The notes under the pieces were generated by a model. The model did no database searches. It was not told where the DNA came from and saw nothing but the letters and a program-made list of their open reading frames with translations. Source: a virus. Taken from it: a stretch of DNA of 64,000 nt. Every line of letters starts with the position of its first letter. Position 1 is the first letter of the stretch. Made by a program: the position numbers and the translations under genes. This document shows positions 15,290 through 24,858 of this stretch, one piece after another. Where the stretch lies: positions 1-64,000 of IMG/VR virus record IMGVR_UViG_3300045988_138690; one strand, given 5' to 3'.

Positions 15290-16078
15290 TTAATAGATAA
15301 ATGCCATTCCGCATACGCAATGGTTGTGCAGCGGAGGATACGGGTCTGACATCGGGTGAGCACGTATGGCATATTCATCACATATATGGCAAGGAAAACT
15401 GCTGGCTCTAAAAGTTATAAAACCTTTTGCTCCGTTTTCTTCACCAAGAAGATAGGAGTATCTCATCCATCCTTCGGCTACCGCAAATACGGTAAGTCCT
15501 GAAAGAGCCGTAAAACTGCTGTTTGTACGCCCGACTCCGTAGCTTACGCCATCGGTCTGAATGCGCGTGGCATTCATGTTTCCTGCTTTGACGGCTTCTA
15601 TAAAATCGGTATTTTCATAGGGGTGATCCAAATTATTGGATATAAGCTGTAGTGTATCCGTCTTAGATGTTCCGGCAAGCATGGATGCGGCTATGGCAGC
15701 TTCTAACTCATATTTGTATCGGTTGGTATATATAGCGTTACGCTCACCGAATGTTTTACCGTATGAGTTTCGGGTGATATATGCCAATACCTCATCTTCC
15801 TTATCATTGTGGGTGGCTACTGCAAGAGTGTATGTATAATCTTCTATTGTGGCACGTAAATCAGCAATAACAGCTTCCACTTCATGTTTCAGGTTCCGGT
15901 CTTGGGAGAAACGGAACATCCTTGGAGGAATGCTGTACTTACGAGATATGGATATTATCTTTTCAGCGGCACGGAGCATGGCGGCACGGAGATTGTTTTT
16001 TATGCTATTTTCCGCTTCAAGGCGCTTACGGATGTACTCCTTTGCTTCCTCTATTTCCTTATCCGACGGATACCTCAT
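15290..16078 (-). CDS. head morphogenesis protein, MuF / SPP1 gp7-like
   Basis: Follows the portal gene with a 4-nt overlap. The C-terminal CHICDEYAIRAHPMSDPYPPLHNHCVCGMAF matches the Cys/His ending typical of this family. Confidence 0.65.
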   Translation of the reverse strand: MRYPSDKEIEEAKEYIRKRLEAENSIKNNLRAAMLRAAEKIISISRKYSIPPRMFRFSQDRNLKHEVEAVIADLRATIEDYTYTLAVATHNDKEDEVLAYITRNSYGKTFGERNAIYTNRYKYELEAAIAASMLAGTSKTDTLQLISNNLDHPYENTDFIEAVKAGNMNATRIQTDGVSYGVGRTNSSFTALSGLTVFAVAEGWMRYSYLLGEENGAKGFITFRASSFPCHICDEYAIRAHPMSDPYPPLHNHCVCGMAFIY

Positions 16079-17640
16079 TCTTTTATTCCTTCTTCCACAG
16101 TTACCTTATTGCCTTCTTGCTTATTGGCTTCGGCTGTTTTTAACTCGAAAAGGAGGTCGGCTTGCTGTTCTTCCTTCTTTTCTTTTACAATCCTGTCCCA
16201 TTCACCATTGGTCGTGTACAAGGTTTCTATGCGTTCTGATGCTGTTTTCTTGGAGCAAAAACCATTCTGTACGGCTGAAGCAAGGTCGGAAATTACAGTA
16301 GATGAATTTACGTGTACATAAGGTTCTATCCACCATTTCATATTAAGGTTGGTAAAGTCAATGGTTTTTTCCATTTCAACCCCATATCCATAAGAAAATA
16401 TATCTACCATATCATCGAGAAAACCCTGATATTCGGAAGCGTCATTCATGGCTTTCTCCACAGCCGGAGAATATAGGATTTTCAGTGCCGCTGCTGGTAA
16501 ATCCCCTGATTTCAATTCGGGAGGTTCAACAATGAAAGATTGCGTAAATATCATCTTGTATAGCGTATCGAGCTGTTTCATGTAACTTTCCGATGCGCTT
16601 TGGGCGCTTAAATAGGACACCTTGTCATCCGTTCCCATTGAAAGAGTTTTAATTGTACCGTTGGCATCATATTGGGCGTCAAGGTTACTTCCTTCACCTT
16701 GAAAAACAAGGGTTGGTTCCCCGAAAGCCTGATTGTTATGCGCCATTTGGGAGAAAGACATCTCGTAAGCGTCTATGCTGTCTTGGGAAGGGCTCCAGCA
16801 CGCCCCATCTTCATCCCGATGGTACGCAACCGGAATACGCGGGAACCCATGTGGCACTCTTTCTCCGACCTGCGAATATCCGTCCAAGCCGAAAATGCCG
16901 AGTATCTTGTCCTTGATTGTTTTGGCGGCTTCTCCATTCTTTCTATATCGGTAGAAATACTTGTCATCCCATATTTCAAGCCACTCCGTAACCACTCCTC
17001 CGTTTTCGTCCATGTCATTGAACGAACGCGCGAAAAGACGGAGTTTCCCGTTAAGCCCATAGTGTGGATAGCACGTATCACCGTTCTTGAAAGACAGCAC
17101 CTTATACCCGAACACACCGTTGTCCAGATATCCCACAAAGGCCGTATCTCCGGTAGTCTTTACAGAACTGGCGGCATCGAAAAAAGCTATTTCCATGTTC
17201 TTTTTCAACCATCCTTCACGGTATGCATTAAATATGTCCTGTTCTTTCTGAGAGGGCTTAGGGCTACTTAATTCAAACTGTATATCGTTACCGCACAGAT
17301 GTACCATTTGTTTTATTTTGATTATCTGTTGGAATGCGAATGAGTATCTTGGTACAAACTCTGTATAATAACGGTTTTTTGTAGTTCCTGTATCGTTACC
17401 TTCTGCGTCATATATGGGAACCTCCTCTACCCGTGTTATGTCTGGATATATATTCGGGTCATTTATGGAATGCCCGCTTGGATAGTATTCCCGAAGGAAA
17501 TCCGCTTGCGTGACAATATTGAAAGACATATCGTCAAACGGCATTGGTACTTCTGTGGATGACGTAAAAATACCATGTGAATTACCGTTAGGCAATATTT
17601 TCTTCCAAGGTCTTTTTGTTTTTACTTCTTTTATATTCAT
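16075..17640 (-). CDS. portal protein
   Basis: 521 aa. Lies between terL and the MuF-like gene with 4-nt overlaps on both sides, the canonical order and size. Confidence 0.7.
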   Translation of the reverse strand: MNIKEVKTKRPWKKILPNGNSHGIFTSSTEVPMPFDDMSFNIVTQADFLREYYPSGHSINDPNIYPDITRVEEVPIYDAEGNDTGTTKNRYYTEFVPRYSFAFQQIIKIKQMVHLCGNDIQFELSSPKPSQKEQDIFNAYREGWLKKNMEIAFFDAASSVKTTGDTAFVGYLDNGVFGYKVLSFKNGDTCYPHYGLNGKLRLFARSFNDMDENGGVVTEWLEIWDDKYFYRYRKNGEAAKTIKDKILGIFGLDGYSQVGERVPHGFPRIPVAYHRDEDGACWSPSQDSIDAYEMSFSQMAHNNQAFGEPTLVFQGEGSNLDAQYDANGTIKTLSMGTDDKVSYLSAQSASESYMKQLDTLYKMIFTQSFIVEPPELKSGDLPAAALKILYSPAVEKAMNDASEYQGFLDDMVDIFSYGYGVEMEKTIDFTNLNMKWWIEPYVHVNSSTVISDLASAVQNGFCSKKTASERIETLYTTNGEWDRIVKEKKEEQQADLLFELKTAEANKQEGNKVTVEEGIKE

Positions 17641-19289
17641 CTTCTATAACGGTTAAACGGTTTTACTATTCTAGCAAATCGGGGTTTTACATGTGTTGTT
17701 TTCTTTATTTTGAATATCATAAACATAAACATGGCTTCGATAAAGTCAGGGGAATGCCCTACGATAGATTTCATTTCAGGCTTTTTTATAAGAGAGAACC
17801 CTTTGTCGGCTTCGTTGATGTTTTGGCGTATGGCCTTACGCTCCTTATTCAGTATAAGACATAAGGGAGTTCCTTTAAATTTCTTGTCTACCAAATCCTC
17901 ATTGATTGATATCTCGCAGTTCATAAGCATATCGGCAAACATATACGCAGCCTGGGATTTCAGGTTTGCATAAATTCCCTTAAATTCTTCCGCAACAGCC
18001 TCACGGTTGTTGAACGGTACCGCTTTCGGGAAAAATCCCTTAAATGTCTGCCCAAGTCCGTTGAGGTCATATGTGAAGTTCTCTTCCCTCACATGCCATT
18101 CATTAAGCTTTGATTTTACGGCATTGACAGCCATACGGGAATTGAACTGGCATACATATATGTCTTGTATATGATTTCCCACCCATAACACCATTACCAT
18201 GTTATCTCCACCTTCAAAAGCCACGTCGCATGATACCCTGCGTACATTGTCTCCCTGCTTGTAGGGAGCATGGTAGAAATTTTCCATGTGTTGGAGCTTT
18301 ATCATATCGTCTCCTACGGAACGGTATTTCCAGTTCCCGTCGAGGTCACGGGCTCTCTGTTCTTCGGACTGGTTGGCTAGGTTGGCTAGATAGGTAGGGT
18401 CGGAACGCATCAATTGTATATTATCCGATAGTTTGGCTTCAATGAATGTGGCTGACTTTATAAACAAGTCTTGCGGTGTTCCGTATTGCTCATATTCCGG
18501 TCTCCAATATTTGTCTATCGTTTCCTTGCACTGCTGATATACTTCTTCTTTTGTATCCCCCCAATAAATACCGCTTGTGCTGTCTCCGTCCATAAAGCAA
18601 TATCGCACTATTCCGTCACGTTCCGATATAGGGAAACCGTCTTCGCCAATCCACCAGTCTATGAATTTGGCTACCCAACTGTCAGGGTCGGGATTACAGG
18701 TACCAATTATGCGGTTTCGTATAGAATAAGCATTACGGTTACAAGTAACCATATATTTGAACTTTGTGTAGTCCATATGGGTTATTTCGTCCACGCCAAT
18801 ATAAGAGTATTGGTGACCTTGGAAGCGTTTCTTGAAATCTTCCACGCTATCAGCGTGATAGGAAAATTCAAGAAATCCCCCTTTGTCGAAGTTCCATGTC
18901 ATATCATTCTTAGACTTATTGTATTTTCCAAAAGGATTGTACAATTTATATGATGTTTCAACAAGGTCTGAAAGGTCATTTATCTCATGCCGCATAATTA
19001 CAGACCGGAAGTTTTGATTTTTAATATCTTTCAAAGCTTCCATTAATAAAGTAAAAGATTTTGATCCTCCACGACATCCTCCCCCGATTATAATATCCGC
19101 ACTTGAGTTGAGCATCTTTTCTTGCCCTCCCAATTGAGCTATTATTTTTAAGTGGTTAGGACGTTTCTTGTCCGAATCACGAAGGGACTGCACGTAATCA
19201 CAATCAAGTACTTCGCAACCGTCCTTTGTAGTGGCTTTGTTGTCTATTACCTCCATATACGAAAAAAGAGCCGCATTAGCGCATGACAA
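17637..19289 (-). CDS. terL: terminase large subunit
   Basis: Walker A-like IIIGGGCRGGSKSF near the N-terminus. 550 aa. First gene of the packaging operon. Confidence 0.8.
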   Translation of the reverse strand: MSCANAALFSYMEVIDNKATTKDGCEVLDCDYVQSLRDSDKKRPNHLKIIAQLGGQEKMLNSSADIIIGGGCRGGSKSFTLLMEALKDIKNQNFRSVIMRHEINDLSDLVETSYKLYNPFGKYNKSKNDMTWNFDKGGFLEFSYHADSVEDFKKRFQGHQYSYIGVDEITHMDYTKFKYMVTCNRNAYSIRNRIIGTCNPDPDSWVAKFIDWWIGEDGFPISERDGIVRYCFMDGDSTSGIYWGDTKEEVYQQCKETIDKYWRPEYEQYGTPQDLFIKSATFIEAKLSDNIQLMRSDPTYLANLANQSEEQRARDLDGNWKYRSVGDDMIKLQHMENFYHAPYKQGDNVRRVSCDVAFEGGDNMVMVLWVGNHIQDIYVCQFNSRMAVNAVKSKLNEWHVREENFTYDLNGLGQTFKGFFPKAVPFNNREAVAEEFKGIYANLKSQAAYMFADMLMNCEISINEDLVDKKFKGTPLCLILNKERKAIRQNINEADKGFSLIKKPEMKSIVGHSPDFIEAMFMFMIFKIKKTTHVKPRFARIVKPFNRYRR

Positions 19290-19325
19290 TTCACGCTAAT
19301 ACAGCTCTAGGCTTGGTTATATCCG

Positions 19326-19333
19326 CAAATATA
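19326..19333 (-). promoter_or_regulatory. -7 box (TATATTTG on the minus strand) for the packaging operon
   Basis: CAAATATA on the + strand matches TAnnTTTG on the minus strand, 37 nt upstream of the terL ATG. Confidence 0.5.
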
Positions 19334-19399
19334 TGTATAAAATCTAAATTTTCATAGAAAATATACCAGTTTTTTGTTTGAAATATGAAATAAGGTATT

Positions 19400-19407
19400 T
19401 ATATTTG
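19400..19407 (+). promoter_or_regulatory. -7 box TATATTTG, with TTTG 19 nt upstream, for the com-like gene and late block
   Basis: Exact TAnnTTTG, with TTTG in the -33 region at about 19374-19380. 19 nt upstream of the ATG at 19426. Confidence 0.55.
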
Positions 19408-19425
19408 CAACATAATCAATAATGT

Positions 19426-19611
19426 ATGATAAAAGTAAGGACTTCGTTGGATAATTTTTCTGTAAAGTCGGGAATGTCGCAAATGGTTACATGCCCTATA
19501 TGTGGACAGAAAATGGGAGAAGTCAAATACTTAAACGGAGTAATAATGCTCAGAGTCCAATGCAGGCGATGCAGGAATTATATAAATGTTGATGTGACAG
19601 GAACGAAATAA
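19426..19611 (+). CDS. Mu Com-like zinc-finger protein
   Basis: CPICGQKMGEV...IMLRVQCRRCRNYINVDV is a CxxC ... CxxC arrangement in a 61-aa protein, as in Mu Com-family translational regulators. Confidence 0.55.
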   Translation: MIKVRTSLDNFSVKSGMSQMVTCPICGQKMGEVKYLNGVIMLRVQCRRCRNYINVDVTGTK

Positions 19612-19632
19612 AGATTTAAATACATAAAGCCG

Positions 19633-19681
19633 ATAGAGCTGTGTTAGAGGAAAAACCTCTGATGCAGCTCTATTTTTTTAT
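19633..19681 (+). terminator. strong intrinsic terminator 10 nt before the first head gene
   Basis: ATAGAGCTG 19633-19641 pairs with CAGCTCTAT 19665-19673. An inner AGAGG/CCTCT helix is present. The hairpin is followed by T8. Confidence 0.75.
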
Positions 19682-19690
19682 TCAAAAACT

Positions 19691-20317
19691 ATGGAAAAAG
19701 AAAAAATCTTATCCGCTCTGATTGAGAAGCTTGGAAAAACCAGCTTTTCGCAGAAAACACTGGAAACATACGTGGATAAACATTTGCCCTCAGAGGGAAC
19801 AGAGCCGGACGATGCTTATTGGGCATTACATACGGAAATTTTGAAAACCCTTGAAGGACAATACAACCATGATGTTGCCGTAGCCGTGGAAGAAGCAAAG
19901 AAAAACATTGCCACCCCACAAAATCCCGATCCAAAAACTGATCCTGTGGCTGATGATGCGATAACCAAGCGTCTGGAAGCTTTGGAAAAAGCGCTTGCCG
20001 ACGAGAAGAAAAAATCTTCCGTGGATATGCTTAGAAATACGGTTTTAGGAAAGGGGGACGAGCTGAAAGTATCAAACAAGCCACTTTGGAACGATGTAGT
20101 AAAAATGGTGGAAGTAACGGACGGTATGGATGACAGCCAGATGACCGAAACAGCCAAGAAACTATATGAGGAACGCCTTAAATCCTATTTCGGAGAAGGT
20201 GCGGCTCCTTATGGTGGCGGGAAAACCGTCTCACCGGATAACAAGGAGTATGAAAAGGAGCTTGATGATTTTTTCAGCCGTAAAGCGCAAGAGGGGAAGT
20301 TCCCTGAAAAGAAGTAA
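19691..20317 (+). CDS. scaffolding protein candidate
   Basis: Charged, helical, E/K/D-rich 208-aa protein directly upstream of the capsid genes. Confidence 0.45.
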   Translation: MEKEKILSALIEKLGKTSFSQKTLETYVDKHLPSEGTEPDDAYWALHTEILKTLEGQYNHDVAVAVEEAKKNIATPQNPDPKTDPVADDAITKRLEALEKALADEKKKSSVDMLRNTVLGKGDELKVSNKPLWNDVVKMVEVTDGMDDSQMTETAKKLYEERLKSYFGEGAAPYGGGKTVSPDNKEYEKELDDFFSRKAQEGKFPEKK

Positions 20318-20337
20318 AACTAAAATCATTAAGGAAA

Positions 20338-20757
20338 ATGAGTACACTAGGAAATGTATTTGGCAAGACCTCCAAAGAATATGGGGGCGGCAAGAACATT
20401 TGGCATGAAGTGAAAGGGCAGTTTCCGGTAGGTGGAAAGATTACCAATATCTCTACCTATGTAGGTTCTGTCATTCCTTCCGGTTCAATGTGTAAGTTCG
20501 ACCAGACAAAAGGTGAGATAACCATTGTCAAGGCGAGCGAAGTAAAGACTGCTACGCAAGAGGGAGGTACCGTAGAGCCTTCTACCATAAAAGGGCTTTT
20601 GTACCACGACGTGTATGTAGACGCGGATTTGGAGTCCCCATACGCTACGGGTGCGGTAGTTTTTGCAGGAGAGATTTATATTGACCGTCTGGCAGAAGAG
20701 ATACCCGATGAGGTGCTGTCCGTACTGCCGATGATTGTTCCCATTCACGAAAAATAA
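20338..20757 (+). CDS. head decoration-like protein
   Basis: 139 aa, between the scaffold and the major capsid. The C-terminal pattern GLLYHDVYVDADLESPYATGAVVFAGEIYIDRL resembles small head-decoration proteins. Confidence 0.4.
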   Translation: MSTLGNVFGKTSKEYGGGKNIWHEVKGQFPVGGKITNISTYVGSVIPSGSMCKFDQTKGEITIVKASEVKTATQEGGTVEPSTIKGLLYHDVYVDADLESPYATGAVVFAGEIYIDRLAEEIPDEVLSVLPMIVPIHEK

Positions 20758-20771
20758 GGAGGCAGATAGAC

Positions 20772-21965
20772 ATGAGAACGAATGTAAAAAACTATTATGA
20801 CCTGTTATCTTTTGGACTTGGAAACGCCCAATTCCAAAGCTTTGTAGATCGTTTCAACGATAAATACAATGTTCTGAATGTGGATGGATTCGACTGGGAT
20901 AATGAAATTCAACTTGATTATACTTATGAACAGCTTATCAGCTCCCTGAATATTGCTACGCTTCCCGTATATGTTGACGAAGCATCCGAAGGGCTTGATA
21001 AAAGTTTTGGTAAATTCAGTATTGGGTCTAACAAGATACCTACCCAGAGACATCGCTACCCAATCAGTGCCAAAATGTTGCGTGAGCAGATGATAATGAT
21101 CCAGCGTTTTGGAGAAGCCGCCATGACACAGGGAGCTAGATACTCCATCCGAAACCTAATGTTTGACAGTACCGACAAATTGATCGCTGGTAACAGAAAC
21201 GCATTGACGCACCAGCGTATGCGCATCGCTTCCAAGGGACAGTTTACCATTGATTTGGAAAATAATCCAAGAGGTATAAAAGGGCTGACTTTTGACTTTG
21301 GTATTCCTGCCGCAAACAAGGAAACCTTGAGCGGGACAGCAAGGTGGTGGACTACCTCGGAACATGTACCGGCAAACGAAGGATCCGCTTCCGATCCCAT
21401 TCTTTTCTTGAAGAACAAGAGAAAGGAAATGAGAAAGAAGGGATTTCCACAAGGTCATTTTGAGATTGCCAGTGACCTGTGGGATGACTTGTTGACGCAT
21501 ACCAAGGTATTGTCTCGTATAGGGCTGTCCTTGTATCCGCAGGCGGCCAGTGCTACCAAGCCTGATACAGTAGGTGCGCAATATGCCCAGAACATGAGTG
21601 ATGAAGCAAAAAAATCCGCTTTTGAAACCTTGGTGGGTTGTCCTATTGTCCCGAGAGATAGTATTGCGGCTGTGGAAAAATTCGATGAGGACGCAAAGGA
21701 AATCAAACCTGTGAACATCGAGAACTTTGATCCATTGAACGTGTCGTTTATCCCGGACGGGCAACTTGGAACCATCAAGTCCGTACAGCCTATTGTGCTA
21801 GCGGATGACCCGACAGAGCGCATCGCATGGTTCGATGGAGGGCGCACCCTTCTTACCCAAAGATACGAGAGCAAGACAAGAACGATGTATATAGAAAGCG
21901 AGATGGCGGTTCTTTGTGTACCGCAAATTCCGCAGTACATGTGCATCTATACTGTTACTGCTTAA
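20772..21965 (+). CDS. major capsid protein
   Basis: 397 aa. SD-like AAGGAGG upstream. Sits after the scaffold/decoration genes and before the connector genes. Confidence 0.65.
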   Translation: MRTNVKNYYDLLSFGLGNAQFQSFVDRFNDKYNVLNVDGFDWDNEIQLDYTYEQLISSLNIATLPVYVDEASEGLDKSFGKFSIGSNKIPTQRHRYPISAKMLREQMIMIQRFGEAAMTQGARYSIRNLMFDSTDKLIAGNRNALTHQRMRIASKGQFTIDLENNPRGIKGLTFDFGIPAANKETLSGTARWWTTSEHVPANEGSASDPILFLKNKRKEMRKKGFPQGHFEIASDLWDDLLTHTKVLSRIGLSLYPQAASATKPDTVGAQYAQNMSDEAKKSAFETLVGCPIVPRDSIAAVEKFDEDAKEIKPVNIENFDPLNVSFIPDGQLGTIKSVQPIVLADDPTERIAWFDGGRTLLTQRYESKTRTMYIESEMAVLCVPQIPQYMCIYTVTA

Positions 21966-21976
21966 CGTGAGATGAA

Positions 21977-22375
21977 ATGAAAAGCAATTCTCAAAATACA
22001 GTTACACTTGACACGACCATTGAAGGATATCTCCGTGGTTGTGTCGGGTTTGATGTCGATGACAGTGCCATAAGCAGCATACTTATAGATCGTGGGCTAC
22101 TTCCTGGTACAGATGTGACTGAACTTGACAAACGGGCGAAAGAGTTGTGCAAAGCCGATCTTTATATGTGGTGCGCAAGCACTCCGAGCGTAAAGGGAAG
22201 CGTGGAGGACAGTCACGGGGTTTGGAAACACAAGGAAGGAGGAACTGAAAGTTCAGCTTTTGATAAACGTAACCTGCGTCAAATGGCAAACGACATTTAT
22301 AGAAGGTATGGAGAGAATACGATTGGTTCTACTATAAGAATGACTGCAAGGGGGATGAGGATATGGCGAAAGTAA
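21977..22375 (+). CDS. head-tail connector module protein
   Basis: Position and size only (132 aa). Confidence 0.4.
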   Translation: MKSNSQNTVTLDTTIEGYLRGCVGFDVDDSAISSILIDRGLLPGTDVTELDKRAKELCKADLYMWCASTPSVKGSVEDSHGVWKHKEGGTESSAFDKRNLRQMANDIYRRYGENTIGSTIRMTARGMRIWRK

Positions 22376-22689
22376 ATAATCCAAGCTTTCCGCACACGTG
22401 CAAGATTTACCGGATGGAGGGAGAAACTTCTTTCAGTGACGGGATTGAAACGGTTTTGTACGAGGGGGAGTGTTTGAAGTATGGCAGTAGCAACCTCCGT
22501 ACATTCAAGACAGACAATGTGCTGAAAGGTGATTATGCAGTGGATGTGCCGGGTTTGATACTCGGAGTCAACAAGGGAGACTTTATAGACTTTACCGATT
22601 ACAGCGGCACGTTTACAAGAAACGTTATATCAGACCCTTCCCCGTCTGAAATGGGAAGCACGTTTTATTTCAATATGGCTAGCAACTAA
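22363..22689 (+). CDS. head closure / head-tail adaptor-like protein
   Basis: 108 aa. Overlaps the upstream gene. The pattern CKIYR...YEGEC...GDYAVDVPG...KGDFI resembles SPP1 gp16-type head closure proteins. Confidence 0.45.
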   Translation: MAKVNNPSFPHTCKIYRMEGETSFSDGIETVLYEGECLKYGSSNLRTFKTDNVLKGDYAVDVPGLILGVNKGDFIDFTDYSGTFTRNVISDPSPSEMGSTFYFNMASN

Positions 22690-22693
22690 GGAT

Positions 22694-23239
22694 ATGGGAA
22701 CAAATACGAAAGCTCTGGATAAAAGTTATGGAATACTCAAAGGACTTATGGAAAAACAGTTCATGGATATTCTGACACGGGCAGCTTATGGATTGCTTGT
22801 ACATGCGGAGACTTCAAAAGAGTTCCATAACCTTACAGGGAATACGCTTACTTCCTATATGGTAGGAATATATTCGGAAGGTACATTAAAAAGGGTAGTA
22901 GCCATGAACGAGGCTGATGCGGTGGAACCTCCCACTCGTAAGAAACTTAGCCGTGGAAACGGAAGGGGGACTATATACGTGGAAGATTATGACAGTGGAA
23001 GGTTTATTCATGTAGCGAAATACAAGCTTATGCCTACGGATGAAGATTATGGTTACAATACTTCCAAAATGTTTTTGTCAGGGTATAAGCCCCAAACTAC
23101 CAAAGGATTTGGCATTGTAATGTGTACGGGTACTGAGTATTCCGAATATCTGGAAGCCGCACGGAGTCTTAACGTGCTTACTGAAACGTTCTATATTTCT
23201 CCAAGGGTCATTCTCCAAAATCTAAAACCGATAAAATGA
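22694..23239 (+). CDS. tail completion module protein
   Basis: Position only (181 aa). Confidence 0.35.
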   Translation: MGTNTKALDKSYGILKGLMEKQFMDILTRAAYGLLVHAETSKEFHNLTGNTLTSYMVGIYSEGTLKRVVAMNEADAVEPPTRKKLSRGNGRGTIYVEDYDSGRFIHVAKYKLMPTDEDYGYNTSKMFLSGYKPQTTKGFGIVMCTGTEYSEYLEAARSLNVLTETFYISPRVILQNLKPIK

Positions 23240-23240
23240 C

Positions 23241-23654
23241 ATGGCACATGTAACGAGGTACTACATAAGTGAAATACTTGAGAATGTCTGCACAGATGTG
23301 ACGGATGTCAGCAATAATGTATTTCCTGAACACCGTCCTTCCGCTACCCAAAAGCAGATGGAAGATATGGTAGTGGTATCCCTTCCTGTAGCTTTCAACG
23401 AAAATAATGTATGTCAAACTACCACTATCCGGTTTGAGCTTATGGCTCGTAATAGGGCTAACGGGATGGCATACACAAAAAGGCTTCAGGGAATGCTTGA
23501 TGTTCTTATGGAAAAGTTTCCCATTACAGAGGAACGCTATTCCATAACAAAACCTTATGTCGCCCTCAAAGGCGATGACGGATTGGGTTTCACGGTTTGG
23601 AATGTGCAGGCTACGCTTATGGTGAATACAACAGACAGTTATCAATATGATTAA
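23241..23654 (+). CDS. tail terminator/completion module protein
   Basis: Position only (137 aa), immediately before the tail tube gene. Confidence 0.35.
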   Translation: MAHVTRYYISEILENVCTDVTDVSNNVFPEHRPSATQKQMEDMVVVSLPVAFNENNVCQTTTIRFELMARNRANGMAYTKRLQGMLDVLMEKFPITEERYSITKPYVALKGDDGLGFTVWNVQATLMVNTTDSYQYD

Positions 23655-23677
23655 TAAAATTTTAGGAGGAAAATAAT

Positions 23678-24262
23678 ATGCCAGGAATGACTATTACAAA
23701 AGGTCTTACAGACTTGAAAACCCTTTTCAATGACATTGAGGAGGTTTATTACAAAAGTTCGGAGATTAAGGCATCCGACTTAGGCGCAAGTGCCTTGACT
23801 GTGGATATGGAGCTTCCCGTTCTTGAAGACGGTGTGAATTTAGATACGGGAGCTGCCGACGTGACGCAAATCAAGCTCACCACGGGTACTATCTGGACAT
23901 CAAAAGCGGCAAAGGGAGACAGCGATATTTCGTTACAGGTAGCTTCTATTGCTGGAGCGGTAAATGAACTTTTCCTTGAAAAAGGAGCTGCTGTCGCTTC
24001 TGCTGCCGGGCTTATAGATGGAAATACATATAAGGGCAGCGGGTATAAACTTAACCCGAAAAAAGTAACCGGTGCTCTTGTGTTGCCAAGTAATGACAGA
24101 AGTACGATTATCGTGCTTGCAAATGTGGAAATGTATGCTTCCCTGATAGCGGCAGACGGTGACAATCCCGCATATTTCAATGTTACGGTAAGCCCAATGT
24201 CCAACTCGGATGGTGACGAAATAATCATTTTGGAAAAAAGTACGGCATCCGACACGAAATGA
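23678..24262 (+). CDS. major tail (tube) protein
   Basis: 194 aa. SD-like AGGAGG upstream. Followed by an attenuating terminator, then the chaperone pair and tape measure. No sheath gene is present. Confidence 0.65.
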   Translation: MPGMTITKGLTDLKTLFNDIEEVYYKSSEIKASDLGASALTVDMELPVLEDGVNLDTGAADVTQIKLTTGTIWTSKAAKGDSDISLQVASIAGAVNELFLEKGAAVASAAGLIDGNTYKGSGYKLNPKKVTGALVLPSNDRSTIIVLANVEMYASLIAADGDNPAYFNVTVSPMSNSDGDEIIILEKSTASDTK

Positions 24263-24313
24263 TAATAAAAGAGTGTCCCGTCTCCTTAAGGGGATAGGCG
24301 TTAATTGAACAAA

Positions 24314-24348
24314 AAGGCGGTTGGCGTGTGCCGCCGCCTTCATTTTTT
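24314..24348 (+). terminator. intrinsic terminator/attenuator after the tail tube gene
   Basis: AAGGCGG 24314-24320 pairs with CCGCCTT 24334-24340, followed by T6 at 24343-24348. Confidence 0.65.
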
Positions 24349-24364
24349 ATTAATACATAAATTT

Positions 24365-24856
24365 ATGGCAAAGAATAAAAAGGTGGAAAAAGCGACCATA
24401 GAACAGGAGCAGTTACTTAATTCAGTGGTAGAGGACAAGAAGGATATAGTAGAGATAAGAGGACGTAAATTCAGGATAGGATGGCTGAGAAACCGGGCAA
24501 GAAGGAAGCTTACGGATATCGTCTTGAATGAAAAGGATGACAGCAAGGTTTCTTCCAAATGTTCAGCAGCCTTGGTACTGAACGGGTATTTCAAGATAAA
24601 GTTTTTCTATTGGTTTCTGTGGAGGTGGTTTTATTACGTTATGCAATATAGCGACAAGGAACTTTTGCCATTGGTTGAACTTTGTAAAAAAAAAGTACAA
24701 GTGGAGGATTACTGCATCATTACAATATCTCTGACAGAAATGAAGGACACGATAAAGGCGATGACAAGAGAGGAAGTAAGTCGTATCCTTCAAGGGAATT
24801 TTATGGGGCAGCGTGGGCTATCGGAGAAAAACACCCCTGTCTCACCGAACCCCTAA
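24365..24856 (+). CDS. tail assembly chaperone (G-like)
   Basis: Lies between the tube and tape measure genes. The ATG at 24365 follows the terminator. Contains an A9 run at 24686-24694 and ends in CCCC-TAA. Confidence 0.6.
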   Translation: MAKNKKVEKATIEQEQLLNSVVEDKKDIVEIRGRKFRIGWLRNRARRKLTDIVLNEKDDSKVSSKCSAALVLNGYFKIKFFYWFLWRWFYYVMQYSDKELLPLVELCKKKVQVEDYCIITISLTEMKDTIKAMTREEVSRILQGNFMGQRGLSEKNTPVSPNP

Positions 24857-24858
24857 AG

